Positions 13,151-27,177 are shown, counted from the first letter of the stretch. The stretch: DNA of 64,000 bases from Antedon mediterranea (GCF_964355755.1 NC_092674.1:10726001-10790000), one strand, 5' to 3'. Made by a program: numbers and translations. The notes: generated from the sequence alone by a model not told the origin.

Positions 13151-16100
13151 TATTTCTTCAAAAGCTGTATTTTAACCAAAGAGCTTATTCTAAAGCAGTG
13201 CTTATTCAGCATAGCACTTGTTCAACTTAAGCACTAATGGTTAGCATGTTAAATCACATGATTGAATTATAGTACTATGATAGAATCTACAAAACCCAAT
13301 TTGTATTCAATATACCTGTTACTACAGATGATATATACGATGTAAAATTGAGATGGAGTTATTCCTGTCGCTGGCACGTTTGAAGTACAAACAATGCATT
13401 TTAGATTTAACATTACAGTATATTTTTATTAATTGATTGATTGCGCTATGATTTTCAATGAGTAATTTAGATGCAGGCGTTATCAGTTTTTAAAAGAACA
13501 TATTACTGTATTAGAAAGTTAATTAGAATGGCAAATTACCATGACATTTTACATTCATATAATACAACAACCGTGTTAAATAAAGGTTTAGTTTTAAGAT
13601 TTTTCCTAAGATATATTTTACTTACTAATTGTTTAATTTGACGTTTTGATGTAATTTATTTTTAAAACTATTATTTTATAAATGTTATTGTTAGAATGCA
13701 CTGTCTTATAAGAATGTGTGGTGCTAGTATAAATAAAGTTTGAGTTTGACACAGAAAAACAGGGTGTATTTGTAAGAGAGTTCTGGAAATGAAAACTAGT
13801 ACACAGGGTGTAATTTTAAATCTTTTTATCACATTTTGCATTTGTTTTTTGTAGAACTACATCATTTATATCTAATTTTGCCAAAAAAAAAGGAGACAAT
13901 ATTATATTTGTATGAAAACTTTAATACAAAATGTTGATTCCTCATTAACCTTACAGTAATCATATTATGTGTAAAGTATCATTAACACCAATCATGGTCC
14001 AAACCTGTGGCTTTACTTTCTTTTTAGGAATCACAATCTAAGATAAAGAGTGGGAGAACTTCTCAACATTACTTTCCAAGCATATAATGGGGTTTGTACA
14101 GGGGATTCATTGTCCACAAAAGAGGAATAAACTGCAGTCTTTAGCTAGGCTAGTTAGGCCTATTTATGATCACATCTGCTGCTAGTCTTTAGTTTAAAAA
14201 GCACTTCAGGAAAAAGGGGGTTCATTAAAACTCTCAACCATCCATCCGTCTACAGGCTTGCTTTTCCTTATTTGGGAATCACGGAGTGTTCTGTAAAATG
14301 TTCTAGTGTTTCTTCATCATGCAAACCTTAAAAAAATATTGCCTACATACTCATCTACATGACTTATCAAAGCATCTCCATGCATTTATTCCTTAGTGAT
14401 AGCCATCATCAACATCATCTATCATCCTTAGGCAGATTACACAACAGCCTTGACAAATAATATCTATAATTTGTTTCCTTTCTTCCTCTGTTATCTAACA
14501 CTGACGTTTGTAATTAATCCTAACACTTTTGTAAAGAATTGTAAAGAGTATTTTCTTGTAAATATATCTTTGTGTTGAATTAGTACTCTTAATATCCTGT
14601 CTTTTATTATTTATTAATCGTGATGTGTTCAATTGATATTAGTGAATAATTTGTTTTCTTCTAAAATGTGCAATAAATTATGTAACTAAGGATAAAACGG
14701 AAATAAGGTTTAAGCCTCAATCTGAAACCTACAAAACATGTTTCAAACTAAACCATGTAGTTACAAATAACATCCAAAAATAAACTGAATCTACATATTC
14801 AAATTCGAATAGGCCTAATAATCTTTATTGCAATCAGTATATTTTAAAAAAATGTTATAGGATTGGATAACAACAAAAACGTCTAGGAATTTTGTTGATA
14901 TTGTCGCTGTTTACTAAAGAAGTTCAGTCAATTAGATTGATGTTTCTAAACTTAATACTACCTGGATAAATTAGAATATTCATATACTTATAATTTACAT
15001 ATAGATATTATATACGGCACCATCATATTTTATTTTACTATATTTTGAAAATTTATTTATGAAATATTCTTAATGTATTTCTTACTTTTCAAAGCACACA
15101 TTTAGCGCTTAAGGCTTTAATTATACTTAAGTAAATCTGTCTAAACTCTACAGTAAGTTATGTTCATTTTGTCTTGTTTGCCCCTAAAGGGAAAATTCAA
15201 ATGAGAAAATTATGTGCACATCTGAAAAATAATAAGTACTAAAACAATTTATCTAAAAATCAATGATACTAAATACACAGTTTGATAGATCTTACTTTGT
15301 TCTGATAGTCCAGCAATGAATTTTGATGGCTAATTATTTCTATTTTATGGACCTTTTTTCCTGTTTCTGCTGAATAAACTTTAATTGATTAACTGATTGA
15401 TTTTAGTACCTCTGAATTAAACAAGACATAAAAAAATGATAGTCGACTATAAAATAGTAAAACAGTTGATATATATCAGGTTGATAGACTTTATGTTAGT
15501 ATGTGATCCACTGTGAGATGATGCAACAGCATAACGGTTATTGCACTTTCATCCAATTGGTGTTGATATGGAAATTCTAATTTTTTATCAAGCCTATAGA
15601 GCTGTTGAAACTTGTATGAATGTTTCTACATTCAATGAATGGCAACGAAGAGTTCTCGTGCAGCAAAGTTGTGACCACTTATTTATGCCATGATTGTCGT
15701 GCCTGGGTGCCATTTCAAATATTTCACGACTAGTTATATAAAATAAATGATAATAATTTACACATTCTCAGAGCTTAATTCCTATATGATTTTTTAATGA
15801 TACATACACTGTAGGTTACACATGCAGACCACGTGACCTGGCGCACATAACAATGTTCCTTGTAGTGCTTACGCACGACGAATAAAGTTTTAGTTCATGT
15901 GATTTTTTTGTTCAACTTACAGAGATCTAAATCAAGAAGTAATTGGGAGTAAAAAACGTTTTAAAAATACAGAGAAATAATATGATTAAGAAAGGTTAGC
16001 AATAAACTTAAACTTAATAAATTGTTATCTCTTGAATAAACAGTCTCTGTTTTATAATAAAGAAATATATTCTATTTCATATAGGCAATTTGTTTCAATG

Positions 16101-17597
16101 ATTGAAGGTAATATACTGTGATAAATCATATTTGGCTACTGCATATGTGTACTAAACATTACTATGTTTGGTTGGTAATTGTGCACATATCACTAACATT
16201 TGTTCACATTTAAACGTACATACTATAACCGTAGCAGTCATTCTACTTTTTTTTTTAATCACAAACTACAAAGACGATAAACCATTCAATTTGTTGCTAC
16301 TCATTATAAAAAAAAACAAAACTTGTTCCTTAATTATGTTGTATTGATGTACATATTTTTTATTATTAAGACAACAATGTACAGTCTAATTACTTTTGTT
16401 AATTAAGTTGGCTTCTCCGTAATTATCTATATTTAGAATGTACAGACAATAACATACATTATTTATGATGTACAGAAAAGCCAGGTCTGAAAGACTGTAT
16501 AGTCAATTGTACACAGTACAGATTTGCTCTCTTTTTTGCCTGTAGCCAACATTTATAATAGAGAGGATCTTTATAATGAAGAATAAATTAAACATTTAAT
16601 AGTTAATTAATTAAAATTGAAGTTTTAAAATAGTTGGAAAATACCAATAGAACAGATAAAATCAATAAATATGGCACTGTGTATAAAGTGAACTTTGTTT
16701 CATCTAAGTTAACTGTAAGTTTTTACAAGTCTAACAATTAACAAAATGGAAAAACAACACTTAAGTATAATTCCAAAATACATTTTCAAAATTGCAATCA
16801 AAGTGATACGCATATCAAACAAGGTGAAAAGGACGAAAATAAGTCCATTTTCATGCAAACTGTCCGTGGCTAAAAGGCCTAGCCCTATAGCTATTGAAGA
16901 TGTATTAGAATATTGTTTACTGCGCTCATATATCTTCTCAGATGACATTAAAATCTATTTCAGGACACAAATGGAAATTGTTCATTTTTTCTCAAGACAT
17001 TAACAAATGAGTTTGCAGAAAGCGATGAACAGGACCTTGGGAAATATTAATAGAAAAGATGGAAACTTGTATTGCAGGAATTAGAATGCTTTACGATTAA
17101 TGACATCCTTTTATTTTATCACATTTTTTCCAATTATAAAAAAAAGTTGTTTGTAACTTGATAAAATGAATACAGAACTACTAAGAATTTTGTGACTCTA
17201 ACTCGATTTTATACCATTTGTGTTTAATGGAGTTTTCTAATATATGAATAACCAAACCGATGCACAAAAATAGTCAGATTAATGCTCTACTGGGGATATT
17301 GATGCAACATTTAACAAATAAGCCATCTGATTGTGTTTACCAAAAATCACCCACAACTTTTTAAATGGTTTTTATTTCATAAGCATCCAACATTGAGAAA
17401 CAGACTATACTAAAAACACCAGTGATTGATATTATTAAGAAAGGCTTCTGAATGTATTCTCCAAAAATTACGCACAACTTTAAAGACAGTTTCATACGCA
17501 TCCAACAGCTAGAAATTCACCAATTACAGGATAGGATATAAAAGTCTTATTTTAGGTTTAGGTGAGTGAAATAGAAACAGTTATGAGATATAAATCT

Positions 17598-18006
17598 GGC
17601 ACTGTGGTCAGGATTGAATCCTGGATGTTAGGATTGAATCCTGGATGTTAGGATTGAATCCTGGATGTTAGGATTGAATCCTGGATGTTAGGATTGAATC
17701 CTGGATGTTAGGATTGAATCCTGGATGTTAGGATTGAATCCTGGATGTTAGGATTGAATCCTGGATGTTAGGATTGAATCCTGGATGTTAGGATTGAATC
17801 CTGGATGTTAGGATTGAATCCTGGATGTTAGGATTGAATCCTGGATGTTAGGATTGAATCCTGGATGTTAGGATTGAATCCTGGATGTTAGGATTGAATC
17901 CTGGATGTTAGGATTGAATCCTGGATGTTAGGATTGAATCCTGGATGTCAGGATTGAATCCTGGATCTTGGATTGGAAGGCAAGCATGTTTAACCACCAA
18001 GCTACT
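17598..18006 (-). mobile_element. tRNA-Gly(TCC)-like SINE head or tRNA pseudogene with an internal tandem amplification
   Basis: Minus strand gtagcttggtggttaaacatgcttgccttccaatccaagatccaggattcaatcc...tgaccacagtgcc has an A-box-like TAGCTTGGTGG, a CTTCCAA anticodon loop and a B-box-like GGATTCAATCC. Confidence 0.6.
17611..17966. repeat. 20-bp tandem repeat x18 (ggattgaatcctggatgtta)
   Basis: Copies start every 20 bp from 17611 to 17951 and are nearly all identical. The array contains the hairpin aggatt-g-aatcct once per period. Confidence 0.98.
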
Positions 18007-21000
18007 TCTTTATTTATTTTACTCTATTTTCCAGTAAACAATAAACAACAAATACATGACAACGATTTTCACCACCCTGTAGATCACCATGGTACACCTC
18101 AAAACACATAAGTAAAACAATACAATAAAAGGGCGAATTGGAAAACATCAAACCAATCTGTTAAGTACACTTAGAAATGATTTATTTATCAGAAATTTTA
18201 AGATAAATAATTTAAACGACCTAATTAATTTGCGTGAGATTGCCAGCAACAGAAATAAGTGGCTTTTGTTATTTTGAATTTTTATTTTTACGTTATTTTA
18301 TATTTTTTGTTGTTGTAGGATGCATGCATATAAGAATGTATCAGATTTTGTAAATCCACAGTGCGTGGGTTTTGTTACATTTTTTGGAATAAAGTTACCT
18401 ATATATAAAACAATACAAAATACACTGTATATGAAAAATTACAACAAAACCGAACAAATAGATTACAAAAAGAATCATCTTTAACAGAAACTTTCTAATT
18501 ACCAAAAATTTTCTTTTTTGTTCTGTAAACGAATATTTAATTTAATTTTACCAGAGATGGTCAAATGAACAGTGATTTCATTTGACTATTATTGATAATA
18601 CTCGAGTCAATTCCACTGACCACCAAAGTACTGTATAATTAACTGTCTGTAAATTGGATGTATTTACTGAAAAGGACCATTATACAGAAAGAATACATAA
18701 ATGAATAAATGAATGACACTTGAGTGCTCATCCCAGTCCTTTAATTTTCCAATTGCAGGCCTTGCTGCTGCAATCATAACCGACACAAGGAATGATTGAT
18801 ACGGTAACATTAAGTGAAGGTGAAAAAATCAATTTGAATGGGCATGTTTCCTACCATAGATAATCAATAATAGATACACTAATTGGTAATGACAATTTGA
18901 TGAATCTAACTGAAATTCATCATCTATTTCAGCATCTATGACAGGGCGTTATTACACAATACAAACACCACACTGTCAAATTACTCATTGATTCCTTTCA
19001 ACATGCTATAATTGGATTTTAATCACATTTTCTCCCAAACTAAACAAATAAAACGATACAGTACATCATTATTGTCCTAGATATGTGTATCTGTGACTGC
19101 CGCAAGGAAACGAAAATGCACGATGATCAATAAATATACCAGCGTACACGTCACTTTAAATCGACTTATATCTTGAGGTTTGTTTTTCATTGTCTCTGAA
19201 TGTTTTTCTAAGGGAGTAACAAATTTATCTCCCATGAAAGGAATTTAAATGATAATATTTATAAAGGAATTTAAGATGTCTTCAATTGTGTCGTCAGAAG
19301 TGGAGTTGTAGCTTGATGTTTAGGATTGGCAACCAATTCCACCAGTTTAACTTTTGTGGACTTCAGAATAAATACATAAACAATTCATCAATTGCATCTA
19401 TTTTCTCCTTTTTTTAAAATATATTTTATAGCTACAGTACCTTAGTAATATTCGAGATAAGATTTTGTGTGATTTTCTATTGGGCATTAAAAGACTGCAA
19501 CATCCTTTAAAGTTTTTAGACATTCGAATGTATGGATTTTTAAGAGTCAATATTGTGTCAACAAGGTCCTTAGTGGGAGAAAATAGAACTGCCCTGGGGT
19601 GTGGGCATTTACTCTTATTTTTTACTGTTTGATACATAGTCAGAAACTTAGGAATTTATGATGATGATGTCAAGAGGAAATTTCCCAAATGATCTAATCA
19701 AAACGATGCTGGGTTTGGTCTACAAGCGTTCCTACTCCCAAAAGTCATCCATTCATAGAAGCACTAATGAAAAAAGTCTATCTGGTAGCATACATAACAG
19801 GATTTTAATGCAGAATTGTAATTTGCATCGTCGTGCTTCTCAAGAGTAAGAACAAATTGAGGTAAATTGTTTAAAATTGATTAAACAAATACTGTGTACT
19901 AATTATTGTTACAATCATAGTTTATCGTTGCCGAGTTCCAAGCCATTTTAATCAATATAAACAATAAATTTGTCAACTCTGTATAAAATATTAAAAAACA
20001 CCATTTAAATATGCAAATTAATTCAGTTACTAATTAGAGAATTAACTCATGTATGGTTCAAGGATAAAACACTCTGAATTGGTATGACTCCCTATGTTCA
20101 AGTCATAAAATATTTATGCTATGAATTTTGATACATCATGGTTATTAACAGGCCATGTAAGTAATAAGATTGAGGAAAGGGCCCGGGTTACAATATTGAA
20201 CGTACAGATGCCTGTCTGGGTGGGTCTCAGTATGACAAAACAGAACAGAATGGCTGGTGACTCAATTCACTCACTCAGTAAGACCAACAAAGTTGAATGT
20301 GAATAAAGGCTTTATATGAATACTTGTCTTGCAGTTTAAATACATTTCTTTCACAAATTAAAAATAAGAGCTACAGTATGCATGTAGAAATTAAGTCTTA
20401 ATAAATAAATGTAAAAACTAATTGCTAAATGCATTTGGTAAATATCCACTGAATCCATTAATAATTGTACCAGTTTTATACATTCAATATATAAAGTGAA
20501 CTTTATTATAAAGAATGTATTATACAGTATTTATTAAACTGATAGTTTCTACAATAAACATTTTAAGCAATCAATTTATAATCAATTTCGTTGGAATCCA
20601 ATATGTTAAGCTGCATATTCTTGTAATTCAAGCAAATTTTCAATAACATAGATAGGCCCTTAGAGAATTATGCTCAGACAATTATACATTTATAGTACGA
20701 GTTAGAGTTAATAGGTCTTATGAATTAGATTTCTTAACCCTGATCTTTTGCCGTGCCATACATGAACTACATGATTAAGTAGTTTATTAACAATTTAAAC
20801 ATAACCTTTTAAGTTTAGCATAGCAGAATGTGCTTTGTAACTGAGCCACAAATAAATAAATAAAAGCTATCAATGCAATGCAACCAATGGAGCAGTCATT
20901 TATTAGTTAGTTACTGTTCATTGGCTAGCATCCAAGTTTTCCTTATAGTCTTCTAAAGTCATGGAATGGTATACACAATGTCCATCACTGGAGTCCATCC

Positions 21001-21126
21001 ACAATCTATGATACTGCCTGAGACATTTTACTGTATTGTCACATTTACTACTTATTTATTTATTTACTTTTGTTGCATTTAATGATTTTTAAAGTTTTAT
21101 AAAATCTTTATATGATTTGATGTTAA

Positions 21127-21360
21127 AGATATATTGTCCCCCTGAATAATAATTAAAACATTTTTTTTAAATATGTCACATAATAGTTATCCACTTTGTT
21201 GGTTTATATATTTTTGGTTGAATTTAACCATTTATTATGTTATATTATAAGTGAAAACATAATTTTTTGGTTTTTTTTTCTTCTATGGAAGTGATTAACT
21301 TTATGATTTTATTAATCTTCATTTTTTTTGGTGGGGGGGGGGGGGAGGGACAATACATCT
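21127..21360. mobile_element. Kolobok-like MITE
   Basis: TTAA|agatatattgtccc ... gggacaatacatct|TTAA: AG-start TIR with TTAA TSD. Related partial copies at about 54950, 62750 and 63532. Confidence 0.75.
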
Positions 21361-21656
21361 TTAACTATTAAATAGATTGTTTGTGTTTGTATTATCTATG
21401 ATACCTGATAGATTATCCAATGTTCCTGTGAACATTTTTCAAATAAATTTATTATTATTTTGATTAATAAACGATAGAAAAAAAAAGGGCCTGTCTGTTG
21501 CACAATGACAAATAAAATGTTTACCAAGACCACATTTACTGTATGCCACGCTCTAAATAACTATTATCGGTGGGTCATAGCCATCGACTAGATAGTTCAA
21601 CATTACCTAAAAGCTTGGAGCTCAAGGCGGTCAAACTGTCAAAGATGCGGTCATAA

Positions 21657-21994
21657 TGCACTTGTCAATTGTATGACCCACTATACGACCCCCGGGAGAG
21701 GTGCGTCATTTGTCCGATGTGCGTCATACCTTTGAATACCATGACGCACCGGTGCGTCAAAAATGTGACTTACCTTTAGGTGACCATGACGCACCCATTT
21801 TGACGCACTGTGACCATGTTGTTTATGATATGGTGGGTGGTAAAGTGACGGACATTGACACACCTTGTTCATTGATGCGACGTACCATCTAGGTTTTTTG
21901 ACGCACCCCTGCGTCAGTAATTATTTGTAAATGACGCACCCATGACGCACCTCTCCCGGGGGTCGTATAGCGGGTCATACAATTGACAAGTGCA
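21657..21994. mobile_element. PIF/Harbinger (Tourist-like) MITE with long TIRs
   Basis: TIR over 50 bp, tgcacttgtcaattgtatgaccc(a/g)ctatacgacccccgggagaggtgcgtcat, with one mismatch. TAA on both flanks. Confidence 0.85.
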
Positions 21995-22886
21995 TAATAA
22001 TAACCGCTGTTTTGTTTAAGGTAAAAGTTGCACTCAGCAAAGTTGCGGTCCAATACGCAACATATTGGGGTGACCATTTGAACCAGTTAGTTGAATTTTA
22101 TTTCTGCTCAATAAAAATGGAAACTAATACATGCATAGTTCCAACAAATGAATAATGATTGATTGAATGGAAGCAAAATAAATGAATAAGAATAAATAAT
22201 CATTATATAAGAATAAGCAAAAAGCGAGAGATAGAATTATATCTTAAATAATAATTTCATTTAAAGTATGGTATATTGTTGAATCTGTTCAAACCACCAG
22301 TTCTGCTCAAGACGAATGGAAATTTATTGTGAATGAGTGAGTGAAAATTGGAAGCGAATACATAATCAAGAAAAACAATAATCAGTAGTTGTAAATCAAC
22401 ACAAACAATGATAAAAGTATATTTTAAATAATTATTTCATTTAAAGTATGATATGCCGTTGAATTTGTTGAAACCATCAATAATTATTTATGAAGTTATA
22501 ATATACAGTATAAATTAAAAAATAAAGAAGACTAAGAATTTCAAGCTAATCTAGGACAGTTCAAAACAGGAATGATAAATGCATCTTTATGTGCGTAATA
22601 AATAGGTTTTATTATTCCACAATTTCCATCGGATGGCCGCTATGGATCAGCAACCAATATGGCAATATCCTGTGAAATGCAACAGTTGACATGCTGTATA
22701 TACACAGATTGCCAATCAAGAACGTCCGCAGCAGCATATATACCAATAAATTACACACATCAAATTACAACGCTTAATATCATCATAATAATTAACGATC
22801 ATAATAGTAATAGTTGGATGCACGACTTGGAACAGGTAAGAAAATATACTATATTCAGTACGTATGAAAAATATGGAATATAATTA

Positions 22887-23392
22887 CTGTATTTATTCGA
22901 ATAAATTCCCCGCTTTGAATAAATGCCTCCATCGAATAATTGCCACAATAGAACAAGATTTTGAATAAACGCCCCCTCGAACATAAACGGCCTGGCTCAT
23001 GCATATATATACACAATATTGGGACTGCTGACTCTTGTAGTTACAGTGATCATATTACTTTAGCAGTCCCTGACTAATTTCATCTTTGTACATTGTATAT
23101 ATGTTTTGTTGGTCGAATAAATAAATGAAATGAAATATTGTATTACAACATATTTCTATTTGTAGTAGAATTCATTGATTAAAATGATCTACAAGCATTT
23201 TGATACAATTTTTACTGTATTTTATCACTTCTCGATATTAATTGTGTTGTATTTGTTGCTGTCTAGGGGGTATTCATTTGAATATACATGTATATTTACA
23301 CCCAACAAAAATAAACCCCACCCCCTCAAATGAAAGCCCCAAAAACCCTCATAAACAATAAACGCCCCAGGGCGTTTATTCGATAAATACAG
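22887..23392. mobile_element. Tc1/mariner-pogo-like MITE
   Basis: TA|ctgtatttattcgaataaa ... tttattcgataaatacag|TA, with internal repeats of aataaacgcccc. Confidence 0.7.
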
Positions 23393-25618
23393 TATTTAAA
23401 AAGACAATCAATTTGTAATTAACAATTTTAAAGTTACTGAAATAACTTGAATTCTCTTAGAATTTTGTTAATGCATTTTGTACTTGACAGTGAGAAAATC
23501 AATTGTAATAAAAATGTCAGCTGCTTTAAAAGTTATGAAAAAAATATCAACTTGATGGATTTATAAAATTCATATTATATTTTGATGATCAAAATCTGAC
23601 TTTTAAAATAATTTAAAACTGTGACAAATGAATAAATATATTTTATGTTTTTGAAGTATGACAAATTTAACATACTATAGTAAAACACTCTGTGGCAGTC
23701 AATCTTAAATGTGATGTAATTCATTGCACATTACACAATATCAAATCACTTGAATAAATAAACTGTCCACACGTCTTCACATGCATATTTACACATGTCA
23801 GAGAATGATCGATGTATCTAACAGATTTCTAGACCCACGTTATCTTTGATGCCCCCAACACGTAAATGTCTGAGCATCAACGAAGGAATTCTTACGATTA
23901 CAAAGTCCATTTTTTGACATGACAGCGTGCAATGATTGCACGAGTATGAGATAGATTATTTCTCCTTCGGGGCAAATCTGTTTTCAGGTCTTGAATTCTC
24001 AAAAGCACGTATCTGGTAATGCCACGCTTAAGATTTAAGTGACCATTGCAATTGAGAATTACTTACGCAGCGAGGCTGGGATCATAGACAAGTACGTTAG
24101 AAAGAATGGATTATTAAATAATACGATTAAACAAGTTCATTTGAATAGGAAATTTCTCCCGAGGTTATGATAATGACATCTTTACCTTGTACAATTGTGG
24201 CAATTTACGTTAAATAGCAGATGAATATGGTACCGTAATTGGATTTCCATTTTACATATAAACTGGGTTAATAAGGTCAAATGGTTTTTTAAAGATGCAA
24301 ATAATGTAATTATTCAACAGTAATCCACATTTAAGAATAAGCTGTGTTACTATTTGATGGAAATAGCTCAGGGATTGAACATGAATTGGGTCAGTTTTGT
24401 GGAGTGGGCATATAAATTTTAGGATAAAATAGCAATATAAGATTAAAATTTGAGAGAATATGACAACAATAAAGAAAATATCAGTGTTAATGTCATTCTT
24501 TCTATAAAATGAACTAAAAGCATATATGACTGACTCGTTCATAATAATTTAATAATTTCAAGAGAAAAACAATAACATTAAATTAAAAAGTGATAATAAG
24601 TGAATGGGAATTAATCAAATTGGGGTTAGTCCATTGTAAAGGGGTGTAAAGGAACTTTTATCTTTTGTATATAATAGCTCTCCTTCACAGAGAGCATGGG
24701 CTATTGTTGGTTTATCCAGGTAGACAAGGCAAATGGTAGTCATAATACATTAGCATCATTGCACAAAGATGATATTCAAATTGTGGTAAATCATATAAAA
24801 AAACTGCAGTACTTTCTCCATGGCTAAATATTAAATGAACTAATTGATTGACATCATCAATATATATTAAACATAACATCATATTTACTTTAGATCTGCC
24901 CACGCTTCGCAAATAAAACATAAACATTAATATAACAAACATGGTATCATTGACTACATACTGTTTTTGTTGATTGTTGTGAGAGTGAAATTTGATCTCA
25001 CTTTGTCACAGTCAATCTAATTAAGATGTTGAGTAACAAATTTAAATCAATACTTTGATTAAGTTTTGATTGAAAATAGACAAATCAGAAAATATGAAGG
25101 TCATGTCCATGGACAATGTCAATTATGAATCTAAATGTAGAAATACATGAACATGTACAAAGGTTTTATATAGAGAGTAAACTATCCTTTAAAAAAATGA
25201 ACTTTCTGAAAACCAGGGTTGACATTGATGTATTAAACATTACATAAATTTAAATCCAATGGCAAATTATTGAATGCTGTGGGTATCAATGACTGAATCT
25301 CAATGGAGATACAAATAAAATAAGCAAAAAGCTACATTATAATAGTAATTAAGTAAAACATTTATAGTCAATCTTCCTGAAACAAGGCTATAATGTATTC
25401 ATTTTGCTAAAGTTAAGATAGTTAAAAAGTAAAAAAAAACTGAAGCTTTATTTATCAAACCAGTTCTTCTTATCTAAAAAAATGGGTTATCGTCTGACAG
25501 CAAAATTGCAGTATTAATCTTTTTTTAAAAGATGAATTATAATAGTATGTTAGAGAATTGCCACAGAAGAAGTCATATCATACAAAGTATATGAAATTAA
25601 AATAATCTGAATTCTTAC

Positions 25619-25691
25619 CTGAATATACAAGTTCTCTTAATACTGACCGGGATGTTAATTTGTCTAATTCTGTATTGGTTGTATTTCCTAA
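25619..25691 (-). CDS. CA10: CA10-like coding exon (LGNTTNTELDKLTSRSVLRELVYS + first base of D)
   Basis: Not in the ORF track. Acceptor ttttttcttcacag|TTAGGA, donor TTCAG|gtaaga. 73 nt, phase 0/1, which is exactly what is needed to join the 93-nt exon to the 155-nt exon in frame. Confidence 0.88.
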
Positions 25692-27177
25692 CTGTGAAGA
25701 AAAAAGAACAAAGAACATCTAATCACAGACTTTGAATTTAAATAGAATAAAAGATGCACATTAATGACAATTTCATTTATTTTCTTTTGTATATAAACAT
25801 TTCTCAAAATGAAATTTAGTATGTGCCGTTCGGAAGCACTTGGCATATCTATTGTTACTATCGATGCTGAGGCCCGAAGTTGTTGATATAGCGACCTCTA
25901 TGTTTGGAAGTATCTTTTTTCTTCTACGAGTTGACCAACCTTTATAGTGTCTCTCTTTGTGAAGGAATGGAAAAAAATACCACTAGGTCAAAGGCTGACC
26001 TCCGGACCAACCTTTCGTTTTTGTGTTTTCACAAAAGACTAAATCTTCCACCCCACCCCCCCCCCCCCTTTAAAAAAAAATAAGCTCCCTATTCCTTGTT
26101 TTAGGAATGATCTATCTATAAAGTTATATTTGAAAAAAAAAAATTAAAATGTCAAAAATATTTATGCTTTTGAAAAAAACGAAATATGACAGAATCAATT
26201 TATCAAATAAACTTTTATAGAAAACTTTAAAATGTCTCTTATATGACCAGTTCTTAGATGAAATATTTATTCAATATGTAGTTCATGAAATAATCAATAA
26301 ATATACACCTCATTAAAATTCAATCTACAATGTAAACCAAAAATCAATATAATATATTACAATCATATTTTACATGTTGAGAGACTACAAGGAATGTAGG
26401 ATGTAACTAAATATGATAAGAAAATTGAAAAATGATATTAAAGTCATATCATGTGGAGAGAGGATATTAAAGTGATTACAGCACATAACATGTTTGCTTC
26501 ATTATCAGATTTTAATTAATACTTCTCAGTAAACTAATAAAATAAAATGGTAACATTTGACTAAACTAATTTTTCTGCTGTCATCCATAGAATCCAGCAG
26601 TTTGCCATCAAAAAGATGAACCATCCTACACCTTAAAAAACATTTCTTCCTTCCCCATGAATCTATAACAGTAATTGTTTTGCTAGTACCTCCAACTTAC
26701 AAGTTTACCAGTATGTGGGCGTCCTCCACCTGCACAGTTTTTTTTTAATGATTAATCGGATTAAATGTGTATCACAGAGAAAGAAAGACGTTCATGATTG
26801 ATGAATCAAATTGTTTAATTCATACCTTTATTTGCAATTGAAGAAAAAAAAATTGTTTGATGTTGCGGTGTTATCGTACAAAATCAATCTTTTTAAATTG
26901 GTTCCCATAGGCTATGTTAAGCGAGTTTATATGAAACTAGAACAGTGACATATAAACGTCTAATTTCTTATAAAAATGTTTTCATCTTATGCGGCTTGTG
27001 CCTATACTTTAACCTTGATACTATTTAGCCAATATTCATTCCATATAATGGTTGAACTCCATGCCAATAGGAAGCTTTCGGTTAGCATCAACCGAAGATC
27101 GACCTAGGTCAGATCAACCATTGTCATTGATCGTTGCCTGGACCTAGAAAGCATCAAACCTGTGTCGAGGTGGTTAT

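Noticed and set aside
15921-15926. Possible 6-nt microexon (ttgatttag|ATCTCT|gtaagt)
   Set aside because: Frame-compatible, but there is no clear branch consensus and such patterns are expected by chance in this much AT-rich intron.
16709-17100. Possible reverse-transcriptase remnant (YIFSDDIKIY on +, FDMR..FD-like on -)
   Set aside because: The motif-like words lie on opposite strands and are too short and degenerate to call without a profile search.
17611-17966. Palindromic 20-bp repeats resembling a CRISPR array
   Set aside because: No unique spacers, no cas genes, and a eukaryotic intron context. It is a plain tandem repeat.
17940-18006. Functional tRNA-Gly gene
   Set aside because: The acceptor and anticodon stems are imperfect and the T-arm is disrupted by the tandem array. 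Treated as a SINE head or pseudogene.
19200-19850. Possible CR1-type ORF1/endonuclease remnant on the minus strand
   Set aside because: Only vague similarity (PRAVLF...DTIL) with many stops. Not supportable by eye.
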